Notes: a model not told the origin generated them from the sequence alone. Counted from the first letter of the stretch, positions 31,260-41,721 are shown. The stretch is 55,187 nt of DNA from Gammaproteobacteria bacterium (GCA_015655465.1 JAATEY010000004.1:1-55187); one strand, 5' to 3'. A program made the numbers and translations.

Positions 31260-32282
31260 TCAGCTGTAGAGCGTGCCGGTATTGATCACCGGTGAGGCAT
31301 CGGCGTTGCCGCAGAGGACCACCAGCAGATTGCTGACCATGGCGGCCTTGCGTTCGGCGTCGAGCTCGACCACGTGCTGGTCGGCCAGCTGCTGCAGCGC
31401 CATGCCCACCATGCCGACTGCACCATGCACGATCTGCTGGCGCGCTGCCACTATTGCCTCGGCCTGCTGACGCCGCAGCATCACGGAGGCGATCTCCGGT
31501 GCGTAGGCAAGATGCGTGAGCCGCGCTTCTTCCACGACTACGCCGGCCTTGTTCAGGCGTACCTGCAGCTCTTCCTGCAGCGCCTGCGCGACTTCATCGG
31601 TACTGCCACGCAAGGTGGGTTCATGCTGTTCGCCATGATCGTAGGCAAAGCGGGTGGCAATGCCGCGGATGGCAGCTTCGCTCTGCACCTGCACGTAGCT
31701 CTTGTAGTCCTCGACATCGAACACGGCCTGGGCGGTGTCCTGCACGCGCCACACCACGACCGCGCCGATTTCCACCGGATTGCCGCGCTTGTCATTGACC
31801 TTGAGCGTCTCGCTGTTGAAGTTGTGGGCGCGCAGCGAGAGCCTGGTGGAACTGCCGGAGTAGTCGACAGGGGCGGGGCGCGAAGCGTCCTTCTGCGCCG
31901 CCCTGTGGGTGTTCTCCGTGACTGCCCTGGCGGCATTGAGGTTGCGGCGCCGTGAGCAGAAGGGGTTCACCCAGTGAAAGCCGCTGCGACGCACAGTGCC
32001 GTTGTAGTTGCCGAACAGGATCAGAACCCGCGCCTCGTTGGGCTGCAGGACAAAGTAGCCACGGAGCGCAAACAGGCCCAGCGCGAAGCCCAGCAAACTC
32101 CACAGCAGCGGCCAGCCGGACTGGTCGGAGTGCAGGTGGATCCTGCCAATGATCACAAGGGCGAGCGCCACCATGGCCAGTATCCAGAGGATATTCGCGA
32201 CCAGCATGGCGAGACCCGGCAGGCTGCTGCCTGCGGTTTCACGCGTGATGCTGTTGACCGGGCGATCCGTTGTTGTCGGCAT
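31260..32282 (-). CDS. SPFH/band-7 domain membrane protein
   Basis: ORF 31260..32306 trimmed to ATG 32282 (AAGGAG 7 nt upstream). Two N-terminal TM segments, then an SPFH core ([29 protein letters not shown]...). Confidence 0.85.
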   Translation of the reverse strand: MPTTTDRPVNSITRETAGSSLPGLAMLVANILWILAMVALALVIIGRIHLHSDQSGWPLLWSLLGFALGLFALRGYFVLQPNEARVLILFGNYNGTVRRSGFHWVNPFCSRRRNLNAARAVTENTHRAAQKDASRPAPVDYSGSSTRLSLRAHNFNSETLKVNDKRGNPVEIGAVVVWRVQDTAQAVFDVEDYKSYVQVQSEAAIRGIATRFAYDHGEQHEPTLRGSTDEVAQALQEELQVRLNKAGVVVEEARLTHLAYAPEIASVMLRRQQAEAIVAARQQIVHGAVGMVGMALQQLADQHVVELDAERKAAMVSNLLVVLCGNADASPVINTGTLYS

Positions 32283-32294
32283 GGCTTTTCTCCT

Positions 32295-32317
32295 TGTGAT
32301 ATTCATATGATATCACA
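32295..32317 (-). promoter_or_regulatory. perfect 8-bp inverted repeat abutting the SPFH-arc operon SD (operator candidate)
   Basis: TGTGATAT-N7-ATATCACA. The most AT-rich spot of the 80-bp intergenic region, directly upstream of the AAGGAG SD (32290-32295). Confidence 0.4.
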
Positions 32318-32362
32318 ATGGTATCCAAAGTCACGCCTGACAGAAAACCGCGATCGCAGGCC

Positions 32363-32710
32363 TCAGGGCGTCCGCAGCACGCGCAGCGTCAGCACCAGCC
32401 CGGCAGCGCCCATGGCCGCAACGCAGGTCCAGACCAGTCCGCTGCCGGCAGAAAGCTGCGCCCAGGGCACGGCCCAGGCCAGAATTGCAGCCAGCCCCGC
32501 CGACCACAGCACTGTCGGGACGAACCTGTTGAGGTGGTCCAGCGCCACAACCCAGGCAGGCTCCGGTTCCACCATTCCCGTGGGCATTGCCCGTGCTGCA
32601 GCGGCCGCCAGGCGTGCAGTGAAGTCCGCCGGTGGCTGCCATTCGGGCAGTTTCGCCAGGGCAGCATCGATACGCCGTTCCAGGGCTTCTGGCTGGTTCT
32701 CGGTATTCAT
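32363..32710 (-). CDS. putative anti-sigma factor (membrane protein)
   Basis: 115-aa ORF whose ATG overlaps the ECF sigma stop (ATGA). Cytoplasmic N-terminus plus two TM segments. Confidence 0.5.
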   Translation of the reverse strand: MNTENQPEALERRIDAALAKLPEWQPPADFTARLAAAAARAMPTGMVEPEPAWVVALDHLNRFVPTVLWSAGLAAILAWAVPWAQLSAGSGLVWTCVAAMGAAGLVLTLRVLRTP

Positions 32711-33333
32711 GCAGGGTGTCTCCGGAATTCCAGGATCTGTTCCAGCTTCTCGCGCAGCAACTGCTTGCCCCGGAAAACCTGTGTTTTCACGGTGCCTGCA
32801 GGCATGTTCAGCATGGCCGAGATGGCATCGTAGTCGAGCCCGTCGATCGTCGCATAGACGATTGGCAGGCGGTATTTGTCCGGCAGGGCAGCGAGCGCCT
32901 CGCGCACCAGCTGGTCGCTTTGCAGCTGCGCTGTTGCGTGCTCGATATCAGTATCGGCGGCGACCTGTGCACCGGCTTCTTCGGGTGCAGTGGGGACGGC
33001 CCGCTGTCGCCGCCGCAGCTCGTCCATGGCCACCCGCTGTGCGATGGTGCAGATCCAGGTCGAGAGTTTCGACCGGCCTTCAAACTCGGGCAGGTAGCGG
33101 AATACCCGCAGGAAGGTTTCCTGCAGCAGGTCTTCCACGTCCTCGTGCCGGCCCATGGTGCGCAGGATGATGGTGCCGGCCACGCGGGCGTGCTGATCGA
33201 CAAGTTCTGCACAGGCTGCCTGATCACCCCTGGCGCAGCGGCCTAGCCATTCGAGCTGTTGTTTTTCCAAGAAAGGGGTGACTCGCCGGTACAGTTGAGG
33301 GGTGAGACGCCAGACGGTGGTTGCCGGTTTCAT
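32707..33333 (-). CDS. ECF-type RNA polymerase sigma-70 factor
   Basis: Trimmed to ATG 33333. Region 2 (DLLQETFLRVFRYLPEFEGRSKLSTWICTIAQRVAMDELRRR) and region 4 (LPDKYRLPIVYATIDGLDYDAISAMLNMPAGTVKTQVFRGKQLL). Confidence 0.85.
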   Translation of the reverse strand: MKPATTVWRLTPQLYRRVTPFLEKQQLEWLGRCARGDQAACAELVDQHARVAGTIILRTMGRHEDVEDLLQETFLRVFRYLPEFEGRSKLSTWICTIAQRVAMDELRRRQRAVPTAPEEAGAQVAADTDIEHATAQLQSDQLVREALAALPDKYRLPIVYATIDGLDYDAISAMLNMPAGTVKTQVFRGKQLLREKLEQILEFRRHPA

Positions 33334-33415
33334 TGCAGCGTTGAAACCGTAGCCGCGGACCAGCGTCTTATCCCAATGCAGACCACTTGTCTGCAGTGAC
33401 AACCGGAGCAGGATC

Positions 33416-33832
33416 ATGGATGGAGCATTGTTCATTCCAGTCATCGCAATCATCGGCGCTTTCTCCGTGCCCATCACCGCGATCGTCATGGACTACCTGC
33501 GTCGCAAGCTGCAGTTCGAGGAACGGCGCGCCATGATAGAGAAGGGAATGCAGCCGCCGCCGCTGGAAGAGCTGCCAAGGATGAGCCGTTTCCATCGCGA
33601 CCCGGCGGTGCGTCGTGAGAGAAGCCTGTTTGCCGGAGTATCCATGCTTTTTCTGGGCATCGGCCTGGGTGTTGGTGCGTGGCTGCTGCAGAACATCGTC
33701 AGCGAGTCATTCATGCCCAGGGAGGTGGTTGGGCCAATGACGGTTGGCAGCGCGGTAATGCTGTTCATCGGGCTTGGCAACCTGGTGTACTTTGCGGTTA
33801 CGGCGAAGCGGGCCGGCGAGCGCGCGCAGTGA
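33416..33832 (+). CDS. membrane protein, unknown function
   Basis: 138-aa ORF with 3 TM segments, divergent from the ECF sigma operon. Confidence 0.55.
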   Translation: MDGALFIPVIAIIGAFSVPITAIVMDYLRRKLQFEERRAMIEKGMQPPPLEELPRMSRFHRDPAVRRERSLFAGVSMLFLGIGLGVGAWLLQNIVSESFMPREVVGPMTVGSAVMLFIGLGNLVYFAVTAKRAGERAQ

Positions 33833-33882
33833 CATTGCGTCCTCTCCGGCCTGTTGTACAGTGAAGGTCAACAGGGGGAGGG

Positions 33883-34956
33883 GTGGCCATGGTTCATGCC
33901 GGCGTAACGGGCTGGGGCAAGTGCCTGCCGCCAGCGGTGCTCAGCAACGCGGACCTGGCGACTTTTCTCGACACCAGCGACGAGTGGATCAGCTCCCGCA
34001 CCGGCATCCACGAACGGCGCATCTCCCATGTGGGACTCACGGAGCTGGCACGCGTGGCGGCGCAACGTGCGCTGGCCGCCGCCAACCTCGATCCTGCTGC
34101 GCTGGAGCTGATCGTGTTCGGCACCACCAGTTTCGACGACCAGGCGCCCAACCAGGCTTCGGGTCTGCAACAGCAGCTGGGCGCAGTGCGTGCCGCAGCC
34201 ATGGATGTGAATACCGCCTGCACCAGTTTCCTCTACGCCTGGAGCACGGCAAATGCCCTGATCCGGACCGGCGTGGTGCGCAATGCGCTGGTGGTGGGCG
34301 GGGAAGTCATCAGCCGCTTCATGGACTGGAACAATCGCAATGTCGCGGTGCTGTTCGGCGATGGCTGCGCAGCGCTGGTGCTGGAAGCCTGCGACCGGGA
34401 TGAGGGGCTGCTGGGTGAAAAGCTCGGCTGCGACGTGGGCGGCCGCGATGCGCTGGTGATCCAGGGCATGGGCAGTCGCTATGCCGACTTCGAGCGCCGC
34501 TATGGCGTGACCAACTGGATATTCGACGGACAGGAGATCTTCAGGCGCGCAGTGATCGGCATGTCGCAGGCATCAGTCGAAGTGCTGGCCGCTCATGGCA
34601 TCTCCGGGGACCAGCTCGATCTGATAGTGCCGCACCAGGCGAACCTGCGCATCATCGAGGCAGTCGCGAAGCGGCTCGACATGCCCATGGAGCGTGTATT
34701 CGTGAACCTGCAGCACTACGGCAACATGTCGGCCGCGACGGTGCCGGTTGCATTGGTGGAAGCAGTGGAAGCCGGGCGGATCAAGCCGGGCGCGCTGCTG
34801 CTGCTGCCGGCGTTCGGTGCAGGCCTTACCTGGTGCGCACACCTCGTTCGATGGGGTGCACGCACTGTGCCACTGCGTGAGTCTGACGCCTGCCTTCCGC
34901 CTGCTCCGCACACCGCGCTGGAACTGGTGCAGGCCCTGATACGTCAGCGTTGCTAG
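33883..34956 (+). CDS. fabH: beta-ketoacyl-ACP synthase III (KAS III, FabH family)
   Basis: Catalytic Cys (NTACTSFLYAW), His (VPHQANLRI) and Asn (HYGNMSAATV). 357 aa. Confidence 0.85.
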   Translation: MAMVHAGVTGWGKCLPPAVLSNADLATFLDTSDEWISSRTGIHERRISHVGLTELARVAAQRALAAANLDPAALELIVFGTTSFDDQAPNQASGLQQQLGAVRAAAMDVNTACTSFLYAWSTANALIRTGVVRNALVVGGEVISRFMDWNNRNVAVLFGDGCAALVLEACDRDEGLLGEKLGCDVGGRDALVIQGMGSRYADFERRYGVTNWIFDGQEIFRRAVIGMSQASVEVLAAHGISGDQLDLIVPHQANLRIIEAVAKRLDMPMERVFVNLQHYGNMSAATVPVALVEAVEAGRIKPGALLLLPAFGAGLTWCAHLVRWGARTVPLRESDACLPPAPHTALELVQALIRQRC

Positions 34957-35804
34957 CGCCGCGTGATTTCGACCGGCGCCGCCAGCGCTATGGTGAACTC
35001 CGTGCCTTCCGCCAGGGTCACTTCGGTGCCGGTCTTCTGCGCGGCTACCGCGCCGATGGCACCACCCAGCAGTCCGCCGAGTACCTTGCCTTTGTCGCCG
35101 CCCTTGACCTGATGTCCCAGGATGGCGCCCGCAGCTGCTCCGCCCACGATCTTGGCGGTGTCGCGGCCGGTATCGCTCTTGCCTTTCTGCGTCAGTACGC
35201 CATCGATCGGCACGTCGACGCCGCCCGGCAGTTCCAGACGCTCGAAGCGCAGGCCCAGGGTCGGTACCCCGCCTATCTTGTCGCTGCCCGACACCACGTC
35301 GGTCACCTGACCTGCGACGGTGGAGCCCGCTGCGATGGCCACGCGCTCGTTGATCCGCACATCCTGGCTAACGTGCGCACGCACCGTGTCACCGACCTTG
35401 GCGGTCTTGGACGATAGCGCAGTTGCCAGCGACAGCGACAGCTGCGTGCCACTCGGTACGGTGAGCACCAGCGGAGGAGCAGGTTGGCTGGCAGCCGGGA
35501 ATGTGGGCCGGTCGCTCACGGGGGGCCTGTGGACGACCACCGGCTTCGGTGCAGGCCTGGGCTTCCTGGCTGTTGCGGCAGCCACGTCTGCCTCGCGCGC
35601 GGCTATGTCTGCCTCCCGCTGCGCAAGCTCGGCTTCTTTCTTCTGCACGGCGGCAGCCGCCGCAGCAGCGTCGGCTTCAGCCCGTGCAGCTGTAGCTGCA
35701 GCGTCTGCCGTCGCCGCGGTTTCCGTCTGCGGTGCCTTGTTGCAGGCCCCCAGCAGCATCAGACCGGTAAATCCGGCCAGCAGCAACGTGTGGTTGCTTT
35801 GCAT
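34953..35804 (-). CDS. lipoprotein with Ala-rich linker and C-terminal glycine-zipper
   Basis: Trimmed to ATG 35804 (AAGGAGA SD). Lipobox LLGAC. Ala/Glu-rich low-complexity segment. GGAAAGAILGHQVKGGDKGKVLGGLLGGAIGAVAA. Confidence 0.7.
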   Translation of the reverse strand: MQSNHTLLLAGFTGLMLLGACNKAPQTETAATADAAATAARAEADAAAAAAAVQKKEAELAQREADIAAREADVAAATARKPRPAPKPVVVHRPPVSDRPTFPAASQPAPPLVLTVPSGTQLSLSLATALSSKTAKVGDTVRAHVSQDVRINERVAIAAGSTVAGQVTDVVSGSDKIGGVPTLGLRFERLELPGGVDVPIDGVLTQKGKSDTGRDTAKIVGGAAAGAILGHQVKGGDKGKVLGGLLGGAIGAVAAQKTGTEVTLAEGTEFTIALAAPVEITRR

Positions 35805-35933
35805 GATGGGATATCTCCTTGTGTTGTTATGCAGGTGGATTTCCGCCTGATCGATGGCGAGTGTGGTTGTTCCCGGCTGGTGACGATATCGGGGGATTGA
35901 TGCTGATCGCTGTAAGCAAAGGACTACGCCGTC

Positions 35934-35980
35934 TGCACTGGCTATGTGCGTTTTGAACGAGGCTGCACTGCATCGAAGCA
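35934..35980. promoter_or_regulatory. two NtrC-like half-palindromic sites (candidate UAS)
   Basis: TGCACTGGCTATGTGCG (35934-35950) and TGCACTGCATCGAAGCA (35964-35980). Each matches 9/12 positions of TGCACC-N5-GGTGCA. Centres are 30 bp apart, 95-140 bp upstream of the -24/-12 element. Confidence 0.3.
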
Positions 35981-36073
35981 CGGTAGCAGCTGGCAACCAA
36001 TGGAATTTGTCTTCGCGGGGATCTGGAGTCCCTGTATCGGGCCTTGCCGTGCCGTTGTTCGCTGATCGCAGGA

Positions 36074-36089
36074 TGGCACGCAGTTTGCT
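36074..36089 (+). promoter_or_regulatory. sigma-54 (-24/-12) promoter of the nitrate-assimilation operon
   Basis: TGGCAC-GCAGT-TTGCT is an exact match to TGGCAC-N5-TTGCW, 144 nt upstream of the nrtA ATG. Confidence 0.6.
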
Positions 36090-36134
36090 TCTGTACTCGT
36101 CGCGAAGCTCACGCAATGGGCTTCACGGCAACGC

Positions 36135-36201
36135 CGCCGGTTCCGGTCTGGTCGCAGCTAACGCTGCTGATCCATACCGCATACCGGTGGCGTTTTTTTT
36201 T
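36135..36201 (+). terminator. leader terminator/attenuator upstream of nrtA (candidate NasT antitermination target)
   Basis: CGCC(ggtt)CCGGT at 36135-36147 pairs with ACCGG(t)GGCG at 36183-36192. It is followed by a T9 run (36193-36201) and encloses the smaller hairpin GCAGC-TAAC-GCTGC. Another hairpin, GAAGC...GCTTC, lies at 36104-36124. Confidence 0.5.
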
Positions 36202-36232
36202 GGGTTTCAGGAACGGCAAAGCTGGAGAGCAA

Positions 36233-37624
36233 ATGAAAGGCAAGCTGGGTGTATCACGACGCAGGGTTCTGTTGGGGATTGCGCTGGGCGCGCTGTCCGC
36301 TCACGCCGCGGTGTCCCAGGCCAAACCGATGAAGCTCGAGAAGGAGCAGATCAAGATCGGCTTCATCAAGCTGACCGACATGGTGCCGCTGGCCGTTGCA
36401 TACGAGAAGGGTTTTTTCGAAGACGAAGGTCTTTATGTGACGCTGGAGCCGCAGGCCAACTGGAAGGTGGTGCTTGATCGCGTGATTACCGGCGAGCTCG
36501 ATGCCTCGCACATGCTGGCTGGCCAGCCGCTCGGCGCGACGATCGGCATCGGCACCAAGGCCGACATCATCACTGCCTACAGCATGGATCTGAACGGCAA
36601 CGCAGTGACCGTTTCGAATGCCGTCTGGCAGCAGATGCTGCCGAATGTTCCCCGGGATGCGCAGGGAAAGCTGGTACGTCCCGTCAAGGCGAACGCGCTG
36701 AAGCCCGTGATCGATCAGTTCAAGGCTGCCGGCAAGTCATTCCGCATGGGTGTGGTGTTTCCCGTTTCCACCCACAACTATGAACTGCGCTACTGGCTGG
36801 CTTCCGGTGGCGTGAACCCCGGCTTCTACTCGCCGTCGGACGTTACCGGCCAGATCAAGGCCGACGTACTCATATCCGTGACGCCGCCACCGCAGATGCC
36901 GGCCACGCTCGAGGCTGGCACGATCAATGGTTATTGCGTGGGTGAGCCCTGGAACCAGCAGGCGATTTTCAAGAAGGTGGGCCTGCCGGTCGTCACCGAC
37001 TATGAAATATGGAAGAACAACCCTGAAAAGGTAATCGGTGTCACCAGGGCCTGGGCTGACAAGTATCCCAACACCCATCTGGCCATGATCAAGGCGCTGC
37101 TGCGCGCCGCGGCATGGCTCGACGCGAGCCCGGCCAACCGCAAGGAGGCCGCCGCGCTGATTTCACAGTCGCAGTACGTGGGTGCCGACGTGCGCGTCAT
37201 CTCCAGCAGCATGACCGGAACCTTTGAGTACGTACCCGGCGAGAAGCGCGCGGTGCCTGATTTCAATGTCTTCTACCGCTACTACGCCACCTATCCGTTC
37301 TACAGCGACGCCATCTGGTATCTGACGCAGATGCGCCGTTGGGGCCAGATTCCTGAAGGCAAGCCAGACAGCTGGTACCTGGAAACAGCCAGGAAGGTCT
37401 ACCGGCCGGACATCTACCTCAAGGCCGCAAAGCTGCTGCTGGACGAGGGCAAGCTGAAGAAGGAAGACGTGCCCTGGGAGTCCGACGGATTCAAGCCTGC
37501 CACCAGGGATTTCATCGATGGCGTGGAATACGACGGTCACAGGCCCAACGCCTACATCGATGCATTTGCCATCGGGCTGAAGGGCCAGCAGAAAGTCGAG
37601 GGCGCCAATGTCGTCGGCAAGTAG
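36233..37624 (+). CDS. nrtA: nitrate ABC transporter substrate-binding protein
   Basis: Trimmed to ATG 36233. Tat-type signal ([20 protein letters not shown]). NrtA/CmpA-like body ([28 protein letters not shown]...). Confidence 0.9.
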   Translation: MKGKLGVSRRRVLLGIALGALSAHAAVSQAKPMKLEKEQIKIGFIKLTDMVPLAVAYEKGFFEDEGLYVTLEPQANWKVVLDRVITGELDASHMLAGQPLGATIGIGTKADIITAYSMDLNGNAVTVSNAVWQQMLPNVPRDAQGKLVRPVKANALKPVIDQFKAAGKSFRMGVVFPVSTHNYELRYWLASGGVNPGFYSPSDVTGQIKADVLISVTPPPQMPATLEAGTINGYCVGEPWNQQAIFKKVGLPVVTDYEIWKNNPEKVIGVTRAWADKYPNTHLAMIKALLRAAAWLDASPANRKEAAALISQSQYVGADVRVISSSMTGTFEYVPGEKRAVPDFNVFYRYYATYPFYSDAIWYLTQMRRWGQIPEGKPDSWYLETARKVYRPDIYLKAAKLLLDEGKLKKEDVPWESDGFKPATRDFIDGVEYDGHRPNAYIDAFAIGLKGQQKVEGANVVGK

Positions 37625-38738
37625 CAATGCGCGCAAGCTGGAGCCGGTCGTGACGCCCGCTCCTGCACCGGCGGGTCCTCCTGCCGCCGCCGCGTCGGCT
37701 CCCCCGGCGCGCAGGCTGCGGCAGACGCCGGAACGCCTGTGTCGCGTGCTGACGCTGCTGGGCCTGGGCTTTGTTGTGCCACTGGTGCGCATGGCTTGTG
37801 GTGAAGACCCGCGGTTGCAACTCAGGAGCCTGTGGCGCTCGGCGGGAGTGCCGCTGCTGGCCATGCTGTTGTTCGGGATGCTGTGGTCATTTTCGGCGGC
37901 CCGCATTCACACCAGTCTCGGCCAGATTCCAGGTCCCGGGGCTGTGTGGCAACAGGCTGGCGCACTGTGGGCCGACCACAAGGCCGAGCGTGAGCGTCAG
38001 GCGCAGTTCTACGAGCGGCAGGAGCGCCGCACCGCGGAGCGACTGGCCGCGGATCCGGCGGCCGAAGTCTCGCGGGTGAAATACACCGGGCGGCCGACCT
38101 ATATCGACCAGATCTTCACCAGCCTCAAGACGGTGTTCACGGGCTTCCTGTTTGCGACCCTGCTTGCCGTGCCCATCGGAATTCTCTGCGGCATGAGCCG
38201 CACGGTCGATGCGGCATTCAATCCTTTCGTGCAGGTATTCAAGCCCATCTCGCCACTTGCCTGGCTGCCGATCGTCACGTTGATCGTCAGCGCGGTTTAC
38301 AGCAGCGAGAGTCCGGTGTTCGAAAAGTCATTTCTCGTCTCGGCCATTACCGTGGCGCTGTGCTCTCTCTGGCCCACCGTGATCAACACCTCGCTGGGCG
38401 TGGCATCCATCGACAAGGACCTGCTGAACGTCGCCAGGGTTCTGAACCTCAACTGGCGGACGCGACTGATGAAGCTGGTGCTGCCGTCGTCGCTGCCGTT
38501 GATCTTCACCGGCATGCGGCTGTCGCTGGGCGTGGGCTGGATGGTATTGATTGCGGCGGAAATGCTGGCGCAGAACCCGGGCCTCGGCAAGTTCGTCTGG
38601 GACGAGTTCCAGAACGGCAGCGCCGAATCCATGAGCCGCATGCTGGTCGCAGTCTTCACCATCGGCTTCATCGGCTTCCTGCTCGATCGCGTCATGCTGA
38701 CGCTGCAGAGCCTTACCGACTTCAGCGGGAGGCGCTAG
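37608..38738 (+). CDS. nrtB: nitrate ABC transporter permease
   Basis: Long N-terminal extension, then a binding-protein-dependent permease core with an EAA-like loop ([17 protein letters not shown]). Overlaps the nrtA end. Confidence 0.9.
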   Translation: MSSASSNARKLEPVVTPAPAPAGPPAAAASAPPARRLRQTPERLCRVLTLLGLGFVVPLVRMACGEDPRLQLRSLWRSAGVPLLAMLLFGMLWSFSAARIHTSLGQIPGPGAVWQQAGALWADHKAERERQAQFYERQERRTAERLAADPAAEVSRVKYTGRPTYIDQIFTSLKTVFTGFLFATLLAVPIGILCGMSRTVDAAFNPFVQVFKPISPLAWLPIVTLIVSAVYSSESPVFEKSFLVSAITVALCSLWPTVINTSLGVASIDKDLLNVARVLNLNWRTRLMKLVLPSSLPLIFTGMRLSLGVGWMVLIAAEMLAQNPGLGKFVWDEFQNGSAESMSRMLVAVFTIGFIGFLLDRVMLTLQSLTDFSGRR

Positions 38739-38741
38739 GCC

Positions 38742-40424
38742 ATGCCCATCCTGGAGATGAAGCGGGTCTGCAAGAGCTACACGCAGGGCGTCAGGACGCA
38801 GTCGGTGCTGAAGGACGTGAGCCTGGCGATCGAAGAGGGCGAATTCGTGGCGCTGGTGGGGTTTTCCGGCAGCGGCAAGACCACGCTGGTGTCGATACTG
38901 GCGGGCCTGATCACCGCGGACGCAGGTGGGGTGCTGTTCAAGGGCAGGCCGGTGACCGGCGCGTCGCCGGAGCGCGCGGTCGTGTTCCAGAGCTACTCGC
39001 TCATGCCCTGGCTGTCCGTGACGGGCAACGTGGCACTGGCGGTGGATGCGGTGCACAGCGACATGTCTGCGACGGAGCGCGCGGCGCTGGTGGCGCGCTA
39101 CGTGAAGATGGTGGGACTGGGTCATGCTGCCGACCGCCGCCCTTCCGAGCTTTCCGGCGGCATGCGCCAGCGGGTGGCGGTGGCGCGGGCACTGGCCATG
39201 GAGCCCGAGTTGCTGCTGCTCGATGAGCCCCTGTCGGCGCTGGATGCGCTGACCCGCGCCAAGCTGCAGGACGAGATCGAGGCGATCTGGGAGAGCAATC
39301 GCCGCACGGTGGTGCTGGTCACCAATGATGTGGACGAAGCCCTGTTGCTCGCCGATCGCATCATCGCGCTGTTGCCCGGCGAAGCAACCGGGCTGGGACG
39401 TGAATTCCGGATCGATCTGCCGCGGCCGCGCGATCGCAAGTCCGTCAACGACAACCCGGGCTACAAGGAGCTGCGCGCGGAGATCACCACCTATCTGCAG
39501 GGCATCGGCAACGACCGCAGCGCAAGTCGTGAAGCGCGAGTGAACCTGCCCGATGTCACACCGCTGAGCGCGCTGGATCCGCTGCCGAAGGCCATGCGTG
39601 AGGCGCAGAAAGCCAGGCAGGCGCTCAGTCCCGGGAAATACGTGGAGCTGTACGAGGTGGTCAAGACCTATCCCACCACGCGCGGGCCGCTGACCGTCGT
39701 CGACCGCTTCAATCTGGACATTGCACGTGGCGAATTCGTTTCGCTGATCGGGCATTCCGGCTGCGGCAAGTCCACCGTGCTGTCGATGGCTGCCGGCCTT
39801 ACGGAAGTCAGCGACGGTGGCATCGTGCTGGATGGTCGCATGGTGGCTACGGCGGGTCCTGATCGCGGCATCGTATTCCAGGCACCCAACCTGCTGCCCT
39901 GGTTGACGGCCCGCGAGAACGTGGCGCTTGGTGTGGAGCGCGTGTTTCCCCATGTCTCGAACGGCGAGCGGAGCGACATCATCGAGTACTACCTGTCGCG
40001 CGTCGGCCTCGCCGATGCCATGGACCGGCGCGCCAGCGAGCTTTCCAATGGCATGCGGCAGCGCGTGGGCCTGGCCCGCGCCTTTGCGCTGTCACCCAAG
40101 CTGCTGCTGCTGGATGAACCCTTCGGCATGCTCGACGCGCTGACGCGCTGGGAGCTGCAGGAAGTGTTGATGGATGTATGGAAGCGCAGCCGCGTTACGG
40201 CGATCTGCGTAACCCACGATGTGGACGAGGCCATCCTGCTGGCCGATCGCGTGGTCATGATGACCAACGGTCCCAATGCGCGCATCGGCAAGGTCATGAA
40301 GGTGGATCTGCCGCGACCGCGCTCCCGCCGGGCGCTGCTGGAGCATCCACGTTACTACGAGTACCGCGGTGAGCTGCTGTCCTTTCTGGAGGAGTACGAG
40401 CACGCGCCGTCCGCCGTCGCCTGA
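38742..40424 (+). CDS. nitrate ABC transporter ATPase, two fused ATP-binding cassettes (NrtC/NrtD-like)
   Basis: Two complete cassettes. Cassette 1: [32 protein letters not shown]. Cassette 2: [32 protein letters not shown]. Confidence 0.9.
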   Translation: MPILEMKRVCKSYTQGVRTQSVLKDVSLAIEEGEFVALVGFSGSGKTTLVSILAGLITADAGGVLFKGRPVTGASPERAVVFQSYSLMPWLSVTGNVALAVDAVHSDMSATERAALVARYVKMVGLGHAADRRPSELSGGMRQRVAVARALAMEPELLLLDEPLSALDALTRAKLQDEIEAIWESNRRTVVLVTNDVDEALLLADRIIALLPGEATGLGREFRIDLPRPRDRKSVNDNPGYKELRAEITTYLQGIGNDRSASREARVNLPDVTPLSALDPLPKAMREAQKARQALSPGKYVELYEVVKTYPTTRGPLTVVDRFNLDIARGEFVSLIGHSGCGKSTVLSMAAGLTEVSDGGIVLDGRMVATAGPDRGIVFQAPNLLPWLTARENVALGVERVFPHVSNGERSDIIEYYLSRVGLADAMDRRASELSNGMRQRVGLARAFALSPKLLLLDEPFGMLDALTRWELQEVLMDVWKRSRVTAICVTHDVDEAILLADRVVMMTNGPNARIGKVMKVDLPRPRSRRALLEHPRYYEYRGELLSFLEEYEHAPSAVA

Positions 40425-40458
40425 TGCTTTGCATACGTACATGAATGGGAGATACAGG

Positions 40459-41697
40459 ATGAAGGGTGTTCTGATCAACGCAGCAATACTGGCCAGTGTG
40501 GCTGTGGCTGCGCAGGCCGACGGTCTGGATCCGCTTGTCGGCGCAATCGGCGAAACCAAGGTGCTCGCCGATGCGCGCCTGCGCTTCGAATCGGTGGACC
40601 AGGAGCCGTTGGCGAAGAAAGCCAGTGCAGTGACCCTGCGGGCGCGGCTCGGATTCGAGACCGGCAAGGCATGGAGTACATCGCTGCTGGTGGAGGGCGA
40701 CGGGATCTGGCCCCTGGTCACGAAATACAACAGCACCACCAACGGCAAGACGGCCTATCCCGTGGTGGCCGATCCGGAGGCCTATGAGTTCAACCGTCTG
40801 CAGCTGACCAACACCAGCATCGTCGACACCACCATCACACTGGGCCGGCAGCGTATCGTGCTGGACGACCACCGTTTCGTGGGCAACGTGGGCTGGCGGC
40901 AGAACGAACAGACCTACGACGGACTGCGCGTGGTCAACAAGCACATTCCGAACGTGACGATCGATGTCAGCTACGTGAACCAGATCAACCGCATCTTCGG
41001 ACCCGAGGGTCTGCCGGGCGCAAACGACGGCCGCTTCACCGGCGACACGTTTCTCGGGAACGTGTCCTGGCAGTTGCCGCTGGGCAAGCTGACGGGCTTT
41101 GGCTACCTGGTGGAGTTCGAGCAGGCGCCGGTGCCGATACGTGACACCACCCAGACCTATGGCCTGCGTTTCCAGGGTGAGCGGCCGCTGGCGAAGATCA
41201 AGCTTGGGTACATCGCGTCCTGGGCCACGCAGTCGGATCGCGGCGACAACCCGCTCGATTTCAGCAACCACTACTACCTGGCAGAGCTGACCGGCACCTT
41301 CCGCCAATACAGCGCCGGCGCAGGCTATGAGGTGCTGCAAGGCGACGGTGTGAAGGGATTTTCGACCCCGCTCGCCACGCTGCACAAGTTCCAGGGCTGG
41401 GCCGACAAGTTCCTGACCACGCCGGTCAACGGCATCGAAGACAAGTACATCAATCTTGGCTATCTGAAGAAGGGCTTCGGTCCGCTGGAAACGCTGCAAT
41501 TTTCCCTGAGCTGGCATGACTACGATTCCGCGCGGCTGTCCATCAACTATGGCCAGGAGCTGGATCTGCAGTTGCAGGGCAAGTACCACCGCTTTACCGG
41601 CACGCTGAAATACGCCGACTACGACGCGGCAGCGACTACACCGGCCGCCGTGCGCGATACCAGCAAGCTCTGGGCGCAGCTGGACTTCACCTGGTAG
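40459..41697 (+). CDS. outer-membrane beta-barrel porin (alginate-export/AlgE-like family)
   Basis: Trimmed to ATG 40459 (GGGAG SD). Signal peptide. Alternating beta-strand pattern (ADARLRFESVD...VTLRARLGFETG...) and C-terminal ...WAQLDFTW. Confidence 0.65.
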   Translation: MKGVLINAAILASVAVAAQADGLDPLVGAIGETKVLADARLRFESVDQEPLAKKASAVTLRARLGFETGKAWSTSLLVEGDGIWPLVTKYNSTTNGKTAYPVVADPEAYEFNRLQLTNTSIVDTTITLGRQRIVLDDHRFVGNVGWRQNEQTYDGLRVVNKHIPNVTIDVSYVNQINRIFGPEGLPGANDGRFTGDTFLGNVSWQLPLGKLTGFGYLVEFEQAPVPIRDTTQTYGLRFQGERPLAKIKLGYIASWATQSDRGDNPLDFSNHYYLAELTGTFRQYSAGAGYEVLQGDGVKGFSTPLATLHKFQGWADKFLTTPVNGIEDKYINLGYLKKGFGPLETLQFSLSWHDYDSARLSINYGQELDLQLQGKYHRFTGTLKYADYDAAATTPAAVRDTSKLWAQLDFTW

Positions 41698-41721
41698 TCA
41701 TGGAAGTCCAGACTCCACGCC

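Noticed and set aside
33415-33418. A second potential overlapping divergent start pair (minus ATG 33417 extending the ECF sigma ORF, plus ATG 33416 of the membrane protein).
   Set aside because: The sigma-factor extension (MILLRLSLQTSGLHWDKTLVRGYGFNAA) adds no conserved sigma region. ATG 33333 gives a normal-length ECF sigma, so the overlap is probably not real.
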